This document shows positions 1 through 9,162 of a DNA stretch of 64,000 nt, one piece after another (the stretch's first letter is position 1; every line of letters begins with the position of its first letter). Location: positions 1-64,000 of the IMG/VR virus record IMGVR_UViG_3300037608_000261. One strand, given 5' to 3'. Source of the DNA: a virus (Duplodnaviria; Caudoviricetes). A program made the position numbers and the translations under genes. A model generated the notes under the pieces. That model did no database searches and was not told the DNA's origin. It was given only the letters and a program-made list of their open reading frames with translations.

Positions 1-172
1 CGTTACGTTTTGATTTAATTGGCGCGCTTTTGTTCTCGTAATTCACGACTGAAGCCAAAAGGCCCTATGCGCGACTTGTAGGTCCAAGCAAATAATCTTC
101 ACATTTATATTTTTGATCAAAATAGGAACATGACATTTTATTAACTTCTTCCTCGGTTATCATGCTTACTCC

Positions 173-487
173 TTATTTTCCCTTGAGGTTTATGATAATG
201 GTCCTCAGTTCTTCCTGATACCCCCTATCAAGTTCATGGTTCATAAGCAGAGTTTTTGCATTTATCTCGTCAAGGGTATAAAGATCGCCCGCTTTTCCCC
301 ATATCACCGAGTAGTATTCAGGCATAGGTGGAGGATCAGGGACTTCCTGCTTTACGTATTTAATTTCCTTTACTACCGGCTGCACTGTTGTTTCCGGCAT
401 GGTTGAACATCCCATTGAGAGTATCAAAGATGCCATCACCAGAAGAACTGCCATTATTTTCAATCTTATCTTCATTGTTTCCTCCAT
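173..487 (-). CDS. o-spanin (Rz1-like outer-membrane lipoprotein)
   Basis: Hydrophobic N-terminus with lipobox LSMG-C and Pro-rich linker; overlaps the 3' end of the i-spanin; last gene of the lysis cluster. Start may be 475. Confidence 0.75.
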   Translation of the reverse strand: MEETMKIRLKIMAVLLVMASLILSMGCSTMPETTVQPVVKEIKYVKQEVPDPPPMPEYYSVIWGKAGDLYTLDEINAKTLLMNHELDRGYQEELRTIIINLKGK

Positions 488-809
488 TTGCGTTTCCCCC
501 TGGTTTGAGAGCGAGAATGTTCTTGAGGTTTTTGAGAGTCTTGTCTTTCACAGCCAATCGTGAATCGCAACCCTTCAGGGCATCTTTAACTTCCCCCTGA
601 AGACTCCCAATCGTGGCTTCGTTCGTTTTATTTGCAGACTTGCACACCTTAAAATTATCCTCCGAGACTTTAAGGTTTGCTTGACATGCCTTAATGTCCG
701 CTTCCTTTCCCTTTATCCTCATCTGCTGCACAAAACCCAAGAGGGCCGCTCCGATGAGGAAGCCGATAAAGTAAGGCAATAACTTTCGCGCTACCGTCAA
801 CCAGTCCAT
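360..809 (-). CDS. i-spanin (Rz-like)
   Basis: Single N-terminal TM helix then a coiled-coil region with Cys; follows the endolysin and overlaps the lipoprotein gene. Confidence 0.75.
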   Translation of the reverse strand: MDWLTVARKLLPYFIGFLIGAALLGFVQQMRIKGKEADIKACQANLKVSEDNFKVCKSANKTNEATIGSLQGEVKDALKGCDSRLAVKDKTLKNLKNILALKPGGNANGGNNEDKIENNGSSSGDGIFDTLNGMFNHAGNNSAAGSKGN

Positions 810-1105
810 TACTTCACCTTTTTAAGTTGGAAAATATTATTAACAACCACAAAACCGTAGCCGATCACGATTATCCACCCAACGATCAAGAATAGCAGGG
901 GATAATGCGTCCTTCCCCAGACAATCGCGGCAGCGCACAAAAGCCCTTGAAATGCCTTGGTATAAACGAAATACCCCCGGTTTATCACCCATTTCATGAC
1001 TGGATTCAGTTCCCGACCGCCTTTGGCGAGTATCTTCGTTGTGGTGAAATAGTCCAGAAAAGCCAATCCAATTATCAGAACCATAAGCAACACTGTTGTT
1101 ATCAT
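809..1105 (-). CDS. Small multi-TM membrane protein (DUF5658-like) in lysis cassette
   Basis: D-x-x-T-T...G-G-R-E-L-N-P motif and three hydrophobic segments; coupled to both neighbours. Confidence 0.55.
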   Translation of the reverse strand: MITTVLLMVLIIGLAFLDYFTTTKILAKGGRELNPVMKWVINRGYFVYTKAFQGLLCAAAIVWGRTHYPLLFLIVGWIIVIGYGFVVVNNIFQLKKVK

Positions 1106-1704
1106 TTGTATTTTTCCCCTTTTTGGCTAATTAGTTTGTAATACTTGAGATTCACATCCTTGCATAGGTCGAGGTATTTCCCATTTTTGAGACGAATTAT
1201 TTTCCTGTGGCATTGCTTTTCGACAAGAGAATACTCACACGACCCGGCTCGACGGATTTCCTTATTTAGTGTACCCGCGCCGCCGTTATAAGCCCTGAGA
1301 GCAAAATAGAGATTGTCATCCTTGCAGATTACCACCCCATAAAGATAACGGTCATAGAGTATAAGTGCCCGAATGGACCAGGCAGGATCATAGGGAGAGG
1401 GTTCGACAGAAATCTCTTTTAGCGCCTTTTCCCGCTCCTGAATCCATTCCGCCGTTTCCGGCATAAACTGACCAAGGCCCATACCGCCGTCGAAAGCTGT
1501 TATGCCAGCATTGCACCTGCTTTCCTGCTCGATTTGACCCATAAAAAGGTGATAAGGGGCATCTACGCCGATAAAGTAACGCGCCTCACGGATAACACGG
1601 GGGCGGTACTTGTTACACCTGTCCAGGGCATTAGAGTCCGAGACAGAGAGCAAGGATAATAGCAGCGTAAAGTATACCGCGAAACAGCATAATGCTCTGG
1701 ACAT
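1102..1704 (-). CDS. Endolysin, lytic transglycosylase (SLT-like) with N-terminal signal/SAR segment
   Basis: Catalytic QES, GLGQFMP and AYNGG motifs; hydrophobic N-terminus. Confidence 0.85.
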   Translation of the reverse strand: MSRALCCFAVYFTLLLSLLSVSDSNALDRCNKYRPRVIREARYFIGVDAPYHLFMGQIEQESRCNAGITAFDGGMGLGQFMPETAEWIQEREKALKEISVEPSPYDPAWSIRALILYDRYLYGVVICKDDNLYFALRAYNGGAGTLNKEIRRAGSCEYSLVEKQCHRKIIRLKNGKYLDLCKDVNLKYYKLISQKGEKYK

Positions 1705-1933
1705 TTGGGGATTCCTCCATTTTACCGAATACCGGTTTAAAGAAAAAAGCCCATATTACCTCGGCGAGACCTACTGCCACAGTAGCAAGGGCCACTTTGT
1801 ATGCTATTAACTTGAGCGAGTTGGTTCCCTGAGTATAGCAGAGAATAGGGACAGCCACGACCACAACCACAGCGAACCTGATAAGGTATTTCGTGATCTC
1901 TGTATAAGTGGTAAAATATTTTTTTAATATCAT
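1631..1933 (-). CDS. Putative holin
   Basis: Three TM segments ending RGILYAAIILALCLGL, directly upstream of the endolysin. Start 1933 has a GGAGG SD and an ATGA overlap with the upstream ORF. Confidence 0.65.
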   Translation of the reverse strand: MILKKYFTTYTEITKYLIRFAVVVVVAVPILCYTQGTNSLKLIAYKVALATVAVGLAEVIWAFFFKPVFGKMEESPNVQSIMLFRGILYAAIILALCLGL

Positions 1934-2100
1934 TGTTTTTTCCTCCATGTGCATTTGTCACATTTTTGGTGAACAAACGTTATTCTGTGGATATTGTCCG
2001 TGATATCCTCCAAGTCTTTGCCTGTGGGCCGGATAAATTTGCCGTACTTCCGAATTCGTCCGCATGAACATCTGATCATGACTATCCCATACTTATCCAT
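1930..2100 (-). CDS. 56-aa Cys-rich protein (CxC...CxxC), not in the ORF track
   Basis: Manual translation MDKYGIVMIRCSCGRIRK...KCDKCTWRKKQ; fills the gap exactly and its stop overlaps the holin ATG. Confidence 0.5.
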   Translation of the reverse strand: MDKYGIVMIRCSCGRIRKYGKFIRPTGKDLEDITDNIHRITFVHQKCDKCTWRKKQ

Positions 2101-2108
2101 GGCCCCGG

Positions 2109-2405
2109 TTACCCCGATGATGTTAATAACGGTTTTAAATCTTCCATGGGAATATTGGCCTTCAGGGCCACAACCAGAAGAATGCCGCGCATCTCTCCCA
2201 TACGCTCATCAAATTTCTTTTCCAGATCTCGTATATCCGTAGAACTACCTTTTGCGGAACAGCTTTGACAATCTGCTTTCGTAAGATAATCATCTTTAGT
2301 GAGCTTTTTGAAGAAATACTGCGTACCCTGTTTTATCAATTCACTGCCGATCATAATTACAAATACCAGTATGCCTACGTGAGTAATCGTAAGTTGTTCA
2401 ATCAT
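2109..2405 (-). CDS. Hypothetical membrane protein
   Basis: Probable start MIEQL at 2405; one N-terminal TM helix and a CxxC motif. Confidence 0.5.
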   Translation of the reverse strand: MIEQLTITHVGILVFVIMIGSELIKQGTQYFFKKLTKDDYLTKADCQSCSAKGSSTDIRDLEKKFDERMGEMRGILLVVALKANIPMEDLKPLLTSSG

Positions 2406-2472
2406 TGCGGTAGCTCCTTTGCAATTTCTTTTGTGATGGTTGTGATTTCCGTTTTCCAACAGTCTTTCATAT

Positions 2473-3501
2473 TCATAGCTTGAAGGCAGCACCTTCAGAA
2501 AAGTCATAGCCAGCAATAGCCTTCCCATACTCGGCGTCATCACCTGGGCGGTATTGGGGCGGTAATGTTGTCTTGCTCTTTTCATTATTTCCTGCCACGG
2601 GTAACGCCCCCAAATTCACACGGGACGCAGATTCAAAGAAACCGAGAATCTCGAAGAAATCACTCTCGCCTGCCATACTGAGCATGGCGTCGACGACCTT
2701 CTCAGGCACAACAATGACCGACTTCCCCGCGCATTCCATGATCATCTTTTTCCGGGTCTCTCTTGCGTTGGCCTCGTCAGCAAGCACCTTCTTTATTGCT
2801 TCGATTTCGGTTGTCTTTCCCTCAAGTTCTTCACGAATGGCATCTTCATAGATAGCTGCCTGTTCAAGCTGTTCCTCAAGGTCCATGGCACGAAACTGGG
2901 CAGAAGCCACCCATGAATTCAGGTATTGTTCGGCTGTTTTGTCTTCGATACCCAGCTTGCAGATACTTTCAAGGATCATATCCCTTGTCTTATTGTCCGC
3001 ACTTTCAAGGATATAGCCACGGTTCTCCGCAAATCCAGGATTCATAACATAATCGAATCCGTGAAAATTCGTGATTCGCGTCGCACCAATGATGCCACCA
3101 TCCGATCCCCCGCAAGCCCAGGAAAACCCTCCTACTTTCGATGCATTCAACCCAGCTACTACTTTTCCGGGTGCCGTCTCAAGGATTTCCTGATGGTGTT
3201 CGACGTTTCCGGCCTTGTTCACTTCAAAGAAAACCGTGATATTGGAGGGAATGTTTTCAACAATGATGGTTGACCCATCAGGCAACCTGACCGGTTCTAT
3301 CTCGCTCAACTGAAGCTTGCGGGCAATCTCGCGCCGACCATGCCCCAGATATCCGAGCTTTTCCCGCAGCCGAATCCCTTCTCTGGTTTCCGGTGCGTAG
3401 CAGACCTTGACAGCGCTCTCCAATATGTAATTCCGGTGATGGCCGGTATATTTGCGACCCTCATTGAACAGATTGAAGTTGCACTTTATAATTTCACCCA
3501 T
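2473..3501 (-). CDS. pro: Prohead (head-processing) protease, P1 Pro-like
   Basis: GYLGHGRR and GGFSWA motifs; directly downstream of the portal, as prt-pro in P1. Confidence 0.8.
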   Translation of the reverse strand: MGEIIKCNFNLFNEGRKYTGHHRNYILESAVKVCYAPETREGIRLREKLGYLGHGRREIARKLQLSEIEPVRLPDGSTIIVENIPSNITVFFEVNKAGNVEHHQEILETAPGKVVAGLNASKVGGFSWACGGSDGGIIGATRITNFHGFDYVMNPGFAENRGYILESADNKTRDMILESICKLGIEDKTAEQYLNSWVASAQFRAMDLEEQLEQAAIYEDAIREELEGKTTEIEAIKKVLADEANARETRKKMIMECAGKSVIVVPEKVVDAMLSMAGESDFFEILGFFESASRVNLGALPVAGNNEKSKTTLPPQYRPGDDAEYGKAIAGYDFSEGAAFKL

Positions 3502-3516
3502 GACAAACCTCCTTTT

Positions 3517-5196
3517 TTACTTTCCTGCTGCGTAGAGCCCCTCAATATATCTGTTGACGATGCTCTTCATTTGCTTGACTGATGCCGATTCAGTTAAAAC
3601 CTCTTCCTCGCCAGTTGCAATAGGTTGCCCATCGGGGCCAAGTTCCTGCCCACCAACCGGGCCGGTTATCTTTCCGGGGAACATCTTCCTGAACTTTTCC
3701 TCATCAATTTTCATGATGTCAGTAAACATATAATTGGCCAAGGCGTTCCTATCAACGGATGAGAATTCAGCATCAATTAATCCGACAAGTTGCCCGATCA
3801 TCGTGGCGAATGTGACGCGCCCTTCCAAGTTCTCGCGTTCCTCTCTTTCGAGTGCAGAAGACACGGAGTTGAAGACGATGCGCCACGGTTTTTCGCCGGG
3901 CAAGAACACTTTGCCGTACTTATACGCTACATGGATATCAAACAGGTTTTCAAGGCCACTCGATACGGCCCGCCTGAGCATGTTTGCCTTAATTGCGGCA
4001 AGGACAGAGATGCGAAAAAAACCGCCGTCGCCAAGACCGCCCGATAGCATTTCGCCAAAACCAAGCAGGGAGGGGTCAATTCCCAAAGCCGATCCCAACC
4101 GCTTCACGTGAAAGTTAATGTCTTCGAGACCGTCGATATTTGCGTTCCCTTCTATTGAGGCGATATCAAGGCGGCCCTTGCCGTCTCCGAAAATAGGGAT
4201 AAGATGGTTGATGACGGTCTGCACATAGCCACGCCGAAGGGACTGTTTTGCATTGGCCTGGTTGACCTTGAGGAGTTGGCTGGATACCGTGTTAAGGTAT
4301 TGGGAGGCTCGCTGCGGGGAGAGTTTGCCAGTGTTCACCCCTATCAATCGTTCGAGGCGGGCCGCATTTTTTCGGGACATGTTCATACTTAAGATAGCCT
4401 CCTGCAGATCCATCCATGGCCCATAGGCCGTTTCGATAAGCGATGTTCCGTAGTTCTGACTCTCAATGATGCTTTCTGATCTGAAATCATCATTTGATAT
4501 ATCGAAGACCGATCCATCAAGGCGCGGCGGCTCGATATCACTTTCGGATTTCCATATCGGCACCCGAAAGGCGATAAACTTCCACGGTTCCATTAATGCA
4601 ATATACCCTGCATTCTGCGAGGGATTCTGGTGTGCTGCCGTGTATCCGGCTATCTGACCGGCCTGTTCATATGCCCTGATGAATTGAGGGTGGCAATAAT
4701 AATCAGACCTTACGAGCTCCACGCCCTTTCGAGGCTGACCATAGATACGGGCGAACCCTATTCCGTTTAATGCAGCGTTGTAAGCCCAAAATTGGACATT
4801 TCGGTTGACCGTCTCCTTAAAGGTGTTGCGCAGATCGATGGTGATGGGGTCATCCTTGTCTGATGTCGATTCTATGGAGATTATTTCTCCTGTATCCGAT
4901 TTAGCAGACAGGGCATGGGAAATGTGCATCTTCAGGGCTGAATCAATGGTTGGATCATCAGCCATGACCCGGAAGAATTTGTATTTTATAAGGCGGTTGT
5001 TGGGGAGTTCTGTGAGCTGATATTCATCTTCTCCGCTGGCATCTCCGAGAGGTGATCCTGACACGATAGCATCAGCAACGAAGTCCTCGTAATTGGCCGT
5101 AGAAGGGGATTGAACATTGGCATTTGCCCCTTGATTTGCGCCCAAAGAACCCGGAAACAATCTTTGCCAAAATGAGCGTTTCTTTTCTTCTCCCAT
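3517..5196 (-). CDS. prt: Portal protein, P1 Prt-like
   Basis: 559 aa; M..DPTIDSALKMHISHAL, YGTSLIETAYGPW and LGIDPSLLGF segments; position before the protease. Confidence 0.85.
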   Translation of the reverse strand: MGEEKKRSFWQRLFPGSLGANQGANANVQSPSTANYEDFVADAIVSGSPLGDASGEDEYQLTELPNNRLIKYKFFRVMADDPTIDSALKMHISHALSAKSDTGEIISIESTSDKDDPITIDLRNTFKETVNRNVQFWAYNAALNGIGFARIYGQPRKGVELVRSDYYCHPQFIRAYEQAGQIAGYTAAHQNPSQNAGYIALMEPWKFIAFRVPIWKSESDIEPPRLDGSVFDISNDDFRSESIIESQNYGTSLIETAYGPWMDLQEAILSMNMSRKNAARLERLIGVNTGKLSPQRASQYLNTVSSQLLKVNQANAKQSLRRGYVQTVINHLIPIFGDGKGRLDIASIEGNANIDGLEDINFHVKRLGSALGIDPSLLGFGEMLSGGLGDGGFFRISVLAAIKANMLRRAVSSGLENLFDIHVAYKYGKVFLPGEKPWRIVFNSVSSALEREERENLEGRVTFATMIGQLVGLIDAEFSSVDRNALANYMFTDIMKIDEEKFRKMFPGKITGPVGGQELGPDGQPIATGEEEVLTESASVKQMKSIVNRYIEGLYAAGK

Positions 5197-5224
5197 AAAT
5201 AAGATTAAACGAGATATGCATAAA

Positions 5225-5274
5225 AATGAAAATACAGGAAAAACGAAGGATCGCGATAGAAAAACGAAGGATTA
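5225..5274 (-). promoter_or_regulatory. Putative late promoter upstream of the portal
   Basis: Two GAAAAACGAAGGAT direct repeats (5238-5251, 5259-5272; 21-bp period) and a TATTTT -10 candidate; 46/50 identical to 50385-50434. Confidence 0.75.
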
Positions 5275-5286
5275 AGAAAAGAGGGG

Positions 5287-5316
5287 AAAAACAGGGGCCG
5301 GGAAACCGGCCCCTGT
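5287..5316 (-). terminator. Intrinsic terminator upstream of the portal promoter
   Basis: Perfect 11-bp stem ACAGGGGCCGG/CCGGCCCCTGT with a 4-nt loop, followed by a T-run on the minus strand. Confidence 0.7.
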
Positions 5317-5348
5317 GCCAAGAACCTGCCAAGGCAGCTTATAAATGC

Positions 5349-5392
5349 TTTAATCAATTTTGTCGGAGGTTCGAATCCTCCACGGCCCACCA
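5349..5392 (+). other. 3' half of a tRNA (probably Lys-TTT); att-core-like site
   Basis: TTTAATCAA...GTCGGAGGTTCGAATCCTCCACGGCCCACCA has part of the anticodon loop, the T-arm, the acceptor 3' strand and CCA. No 5' half or D-arm is present upstream. Confidence 0.8.
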
Positions 5393-5551
5393 ATACTTAT
5401 AATGAGAATAACAAAATTACTTACGTATAGCACATGCAAAGGGAGTATTGGGCTTTTTGACCGTATTCTGAATTACGGAAAGAAAGGTTGGGTTTATAGA
5501 TAGCACCATGGCTGCAAAGAACGAGACCTGACCCCTTGCCTTTCCCCTTAC

Positions 5552-7810
5552 CTATGATAAGAAATCAATAAACTTTGTAAAACTTCCCTCAGACCGTTCA
5601 AATGCTTTCTCAATTAGGGACATTGGTTTACCAAGCTTGTATCTTTTTTGGTAGCCAGACGCATCGTATTTTACATCAATCAGAACTCCCGCTTTTTTCA
5701 GGACTGGCAGGACTTTATCTTCAAATTTGCCATATGATCTCCCTAATCTTAGTCTGAAGATGTTCTCATTTAACTGCGTCGATTTTAGGAACCTTCTCAT
5801 GATACGTTCTGTCAACAAAATTTCCTCGTCGATCTCGTTGGCCGGTAATGATGCCGTTTGGTATTGGTCTAGATACTTAATCTCAAAACCATGCCCTGCA
5901 AGTAGTCTGAAAACCTGATCAGGACCAAAAAAGCTATTTTCAGAATCGTTGTCATACACACTTCTGATATCACAGTCTAATAGTTTGGCCCCTTTCACTT
6001 CGGTTGTTTCATAAAGATCCAGTCTATCAAACCGACATTGTTCAAAAGTGCAATCAATCAACTTAGTATTCTCTAATCCAGAACTTTGAAAATAACAATT
6101 CTTGAAGGTTTTATTCGACAATTCAACCGCATTCAAAGAGTTCGGCGGCAAAATGAGTCCTGAAACTGTGGTAGTCTCTTTCATATCACCTGCCAAAAGC
6201 CTGATAAATATGGCTCCCAGATTCTCCCGGACAAAAGATACCATACCTTCTTTTTGGCAAAGAGCCACTAACAGTTCCTCCGCGGTAGCCGTCCTATAGG
6301 CCTTCGACTTAAGACTTTGCACTACAGTCTCGAAAGCTTGTTGAGGCAATATCCCCACTCTCAGCATCTGCATTAACGACGGGCGATCATCAGCTATAAT
6401 CTGATTTGCAAGGGACACCCCGATAAAATAATAGTAAAATTCCTGGTGGTCGAAACTAAAGGAATTACCTACGCCTTCTGTGCGAACAATCAACGCATGC
6501 TGTTTTATACGTTCTTTGATTTGGCGCTGATAGTTAGCGGTGAATCCTTTTGTTTCCGAGAACAAGTCCGCAATGTAGCCCATGACGTCATCCCCTAAAG
6601 ATTGTGTGTTGTTTATCCACATTTCTTGGGCAACTGAAGACAGTAATTCACGGTGCTCATCGACGGTTAATATGGGCCGAGCCACATCACCAGATCGATC
6701 TAACCACTTCGTATTGGCTTCTCTCTGCAATATTGCATCGACAAAATGTTCAAAATAATTCTGTGAGTCTCCGGCCGTAATGTTTCGTGCAATTTCTGCG
6801 AAGTCTTCACTTGTGACGAAGACATCCAGTAATTGCTTCACCAACACTGCTCTCGTGAGGATTGGATGGCTTGGTTGTAGCGCATTTGATAGAGTCTCAT
6901 ATGCACCATCGGGATTGTCAATCAATCGCATAGTAGCATATTCGACAAATTGCTCTCGATCCCATCTTTTCAATGATATTCTTGAAAAAGTCACATAATC
7001 TGATTGAATGGAATCAAAGAGACGAGCTTGCGTTGCGAAGCTTTTATAATCAAAGTAAGCTTTTCTCGCCGCGATCAACACCACCCCTTGTGAGTTCAGC
7101 TTATTCAATAGTTGGCCCAGAGAAGAAAGAGCCTCACCGGTTGAGCTTTCCATAAACATCTCTTCAAATCCATCAAGGGCAGGAACCAATATACCCATTT
7201 TCACCAATTCTATGAAGGAATCGTAATAGAAGACGTTGAACCGAAACCGATTAACTAGGGTGGCTATTATTATATCGTCAAGCCTTAAGAACGGTCTTCC
7301 CCCTAAGGGTATGGGCAATAGCAGCCAGGAAGATTCTTTTCGCTTATATCGTTCTGCCTGAATTCTAGCCAAATGATTAATTAATGTGGTTTTCCCCTCC
7401 CCTGCGTCAGATGTAATGTAGATGACCTGAGACGCCAGGGCATTTCTATTGTCCATCAATGTCTCAATCGCCTCAACAGTGTTCTCCACTTCATTCTGTG
7501 ATTCACTTGGGTCCTTTCCTATGTCTTCCAGAAATGAACCTTGAGGGCACACAAAATTCGGTTCCTGCTCCGAGAAATCTATGATTCTATCCGCCAACAT
7601 TGGTATGCGGGCTAATCTATTCACGATCCACGAAGACATGGAGGTCGACACGCCGTTTTCTTCGACATATAACTCCATATCTTTACGGCGCAACCTTATT
7701 TCAATGAGTTCATCACGGATATTTACCACAATCTCTTTGTTGTCACTTGCAATATCCATGGTTCGATCGGCAAATGAAGCCACAATTCTTTTGAAATCAA
7801 TCACATTCAT
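5552..7810 (-). CDS. STAND/NACHT-like NTPase with C-terminal pentapeptide-like repeats
   Basis: Walker A DAGEGKTT, Walker B LDGFEE, helical domain, then L/F-x-N-C-x-F repeats. Confidence 0.7.
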   Translation of the reverse strand: MNVIDFKRIVASFADRTMDIASDNKEIVVNIRDELIEIRLRRKDMELYVEENGVSTSMSSWIVNRLARIPMLADRIIDFSEQEPNFVCPQGSFLEDIGKDPSESQNEVENTVEAIETLMDNRNALASQVIYITSDAGEGKTTLINHLARIQAERYKRKESSWLLLPIPLGGRPFLRLDDIIIATLVNRFRFNVFYYDSFIELVKMGILVPALDGFEEMFMESSTGEALSSLGQLLNKLNSQGVVLIAARKAYFDYKSFATQARLFDSIQSDYVTFSRISLKRWDREQFVEYATMRLIDNPDGAYETLSNALQPSHPILTRAVLVKQLLDVFVTSEDFAEIARNITAGDSQNYFEHFVDAILQREANTKWLDRSGDVARPILTVDEHRELLSSVAQEMWINNTQSLGDDVMGYIADLFSETKGFTANYQRQIKERIKQHALIVRTEGVGNSFSFDHQEFYYYFIGVSLANQIIADDRPSLMQMLRVGILPQQAFETVVQSLKSKAYRTATAEELLVALCQKEGMVSFVRENLGAIFIRLLAGDMKETTTVSGLILPPNSLNAVELSNKTFKNCYFQSSGLENTKLIDCTFEQCRFDRLDLYETTEVKGAKLLDCDIRSVYDNDSENSFFGPDQVFRLLAGHGFEIKYLDQYQTASLPANEIDEEILLTERIMRRFLKSTQLNENIFRLRLGRSYGKFEDKVLPVLKKAGVLIDVKYDASGYQKRYKLGKPMSLIEKAFERSEGSFTKFIDFLS

Positions 7811-7820
7811 GGTTACTCCT

Positions 7821-8537
7821 TCAAAGGCCCCTTTCGCAATAATCGCTTGGAGCGTATTGTTTGTAGTGTTGAGGGGTTCGGCGATTGGGTTTAGTATGAA
7901 TATGCACTACCTTTGACCCTAACGCAAGAACTGTTCTTATCGTGGGCCAAAAGTCGTCATCGGAGGAGACTATTATTAACGGCGCCGCGCCATCCATGCA
8001 CAAATAAAATAAGTCAGTTGCCAACATTGTGTCGACCAGTTTTTGTTCGCCTCGATATATGAGATTAGACGGCTGCATTGTACAATTCGGTTTTGAGCAT
8101 CTCCCTATATTGATAAAATTAAACACATGTTTTATGGGACAACTAACATCGCCACACCCGTGGTCACCTGGGTCTGCGCAATGCAGATCACTTGGATAAG
8201 ATCTGATTCGATATGTGTGCATCAGCAATTCTTGCGGAGTTATCAGAAGCGACATTGCAAGCTCCATATTGACTATAAGGCTTCCGGCCGCGGAGGAGAC
8301 CGGCAGAACCGTTGGGAAACTAGCCTGGATCTCTGCAGACAACATCTGGGCGCGGCGTGAATTACCAGTCTGATCGCTCCAGCCGCCATAAAGACGAATT
8401 CTCACATTTGAAACGTTTTGTGGGAAATCTGAAGGTGTCAAAATTCCTAAGATCTGTGTAGCAATGGTAGCAAGGCCCCGTGATTTATGTAGTGGAATCA
8501 AATTATCATAATCTACAAGAATTTGAAGCATCAGCAA
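7821..8537 (-). CDS. NYN/PIN-family ribonuclease-like protein
   Basis: VDYDN, EQKLVDTMLATD and VSSDDDF acidic motifs typical of NYN/LabA folds. Confidence 0.75.
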   Translation of the reverse strand: MLMLQILVDYDNLIPLHKSRGLATIATQILGILTPSDFPQNVSNVRIRLYGGWSDQTGNSRRAQMLSAEIQASFPTVLPVSSAAGSLIVNMELAMSLLITPQELLMHTYRIRSYPSDLHCADPGDHGCGDVSCPIKHVFNFINIGRCSKPNCTMQPSNLIYRGEQKLVDTMLATDLFYLCMDGAAPLIIVSSDDDFWPTIRTVLALGSKVVHIHTKPNRRTPQHYKQYAPSDYCERGL

Positions 8538-8736
8538 TTATGCCCGTTAGTCGGTCGGGTGCTTAAGAACGCACCCAGACTATTCTCCAAGCTCCGCAAA
8601 CTCTGTTCCGTTTCTAAATGAAATCAATTTTCCCTCACATGTTGAATTATCAAATTTCTTCCTATTATATCCATTATCACCTGTAATGCTGCATGTCCAG
8701 AAAAATCCGGTAGTGGGTCAGTTTGAAATAATTAAT

Positions 8737-9162
8737 TTAATGAGGATAGAGATCATCACCAACAAAAATGATATGAAAAACATCATTTTGTCTAATTCCA
8801 GCTACACGACCGCCGTGTGAGTACGTAAATACTGTTAGTGAATTGACATCCTCAGTAACTATATCGGGGAAAGATTTAGCGTGAAACTGTTTTATAGGTA
8901 TATGCTCGTATCCCAACTGTTTTCTATCTGTTGAGGAAATATCTTTCCATTGTTTTTGAGATATCAATAAAAGTGTGTGTGCGAAATCAGCTTTGTCTTT
9001 GGGTTCACATTGGGACAAGCAATATGTTTTTCCGTATGGAATATTATAGAAAGAAAATATTGGTTTTTGGGAATCATAATCTATTTCTATTTGTTCTCGC
9101 TCTTTGTAGCGCTCATTTTCTTTATTAGCTTTCTTCTTCTTTAATAAGCTTCGTTTATCCAT
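8737..9162 (-). CDS. Putative RelE-fold toxin (MAG6450-like)
   Basis: FSF...CLS...LGYE.IP...RVAGIRQNDVFHIIF pattern; overlaps the 3' end of the Panacea gene. Confidence 0.55.
   Translation of the reverse strand: MDKRSLLKKKKANKENERYKEREQIEIDYDSQKPIFSFYNIPYGKTYCLSQCEPKDKADFAHTLLLISQKQWKDISSTDRKQLGYEHIPIKQFHAKSFPDIVTEDVNSLTVFTYSHGGRVAGIRQNDVFHIIFVGDDLYPH

Noticed and set aside
65-163. 32-aa ORF after the o-spanin
   Set aside because: It has a GGAG SD but is too short and featureless to call.
5300-5392. Intact tRNA gene
   Set aside because: No acceptor 5' strand or D-arm; the upstream GC hairpin is a terminator-like stem.
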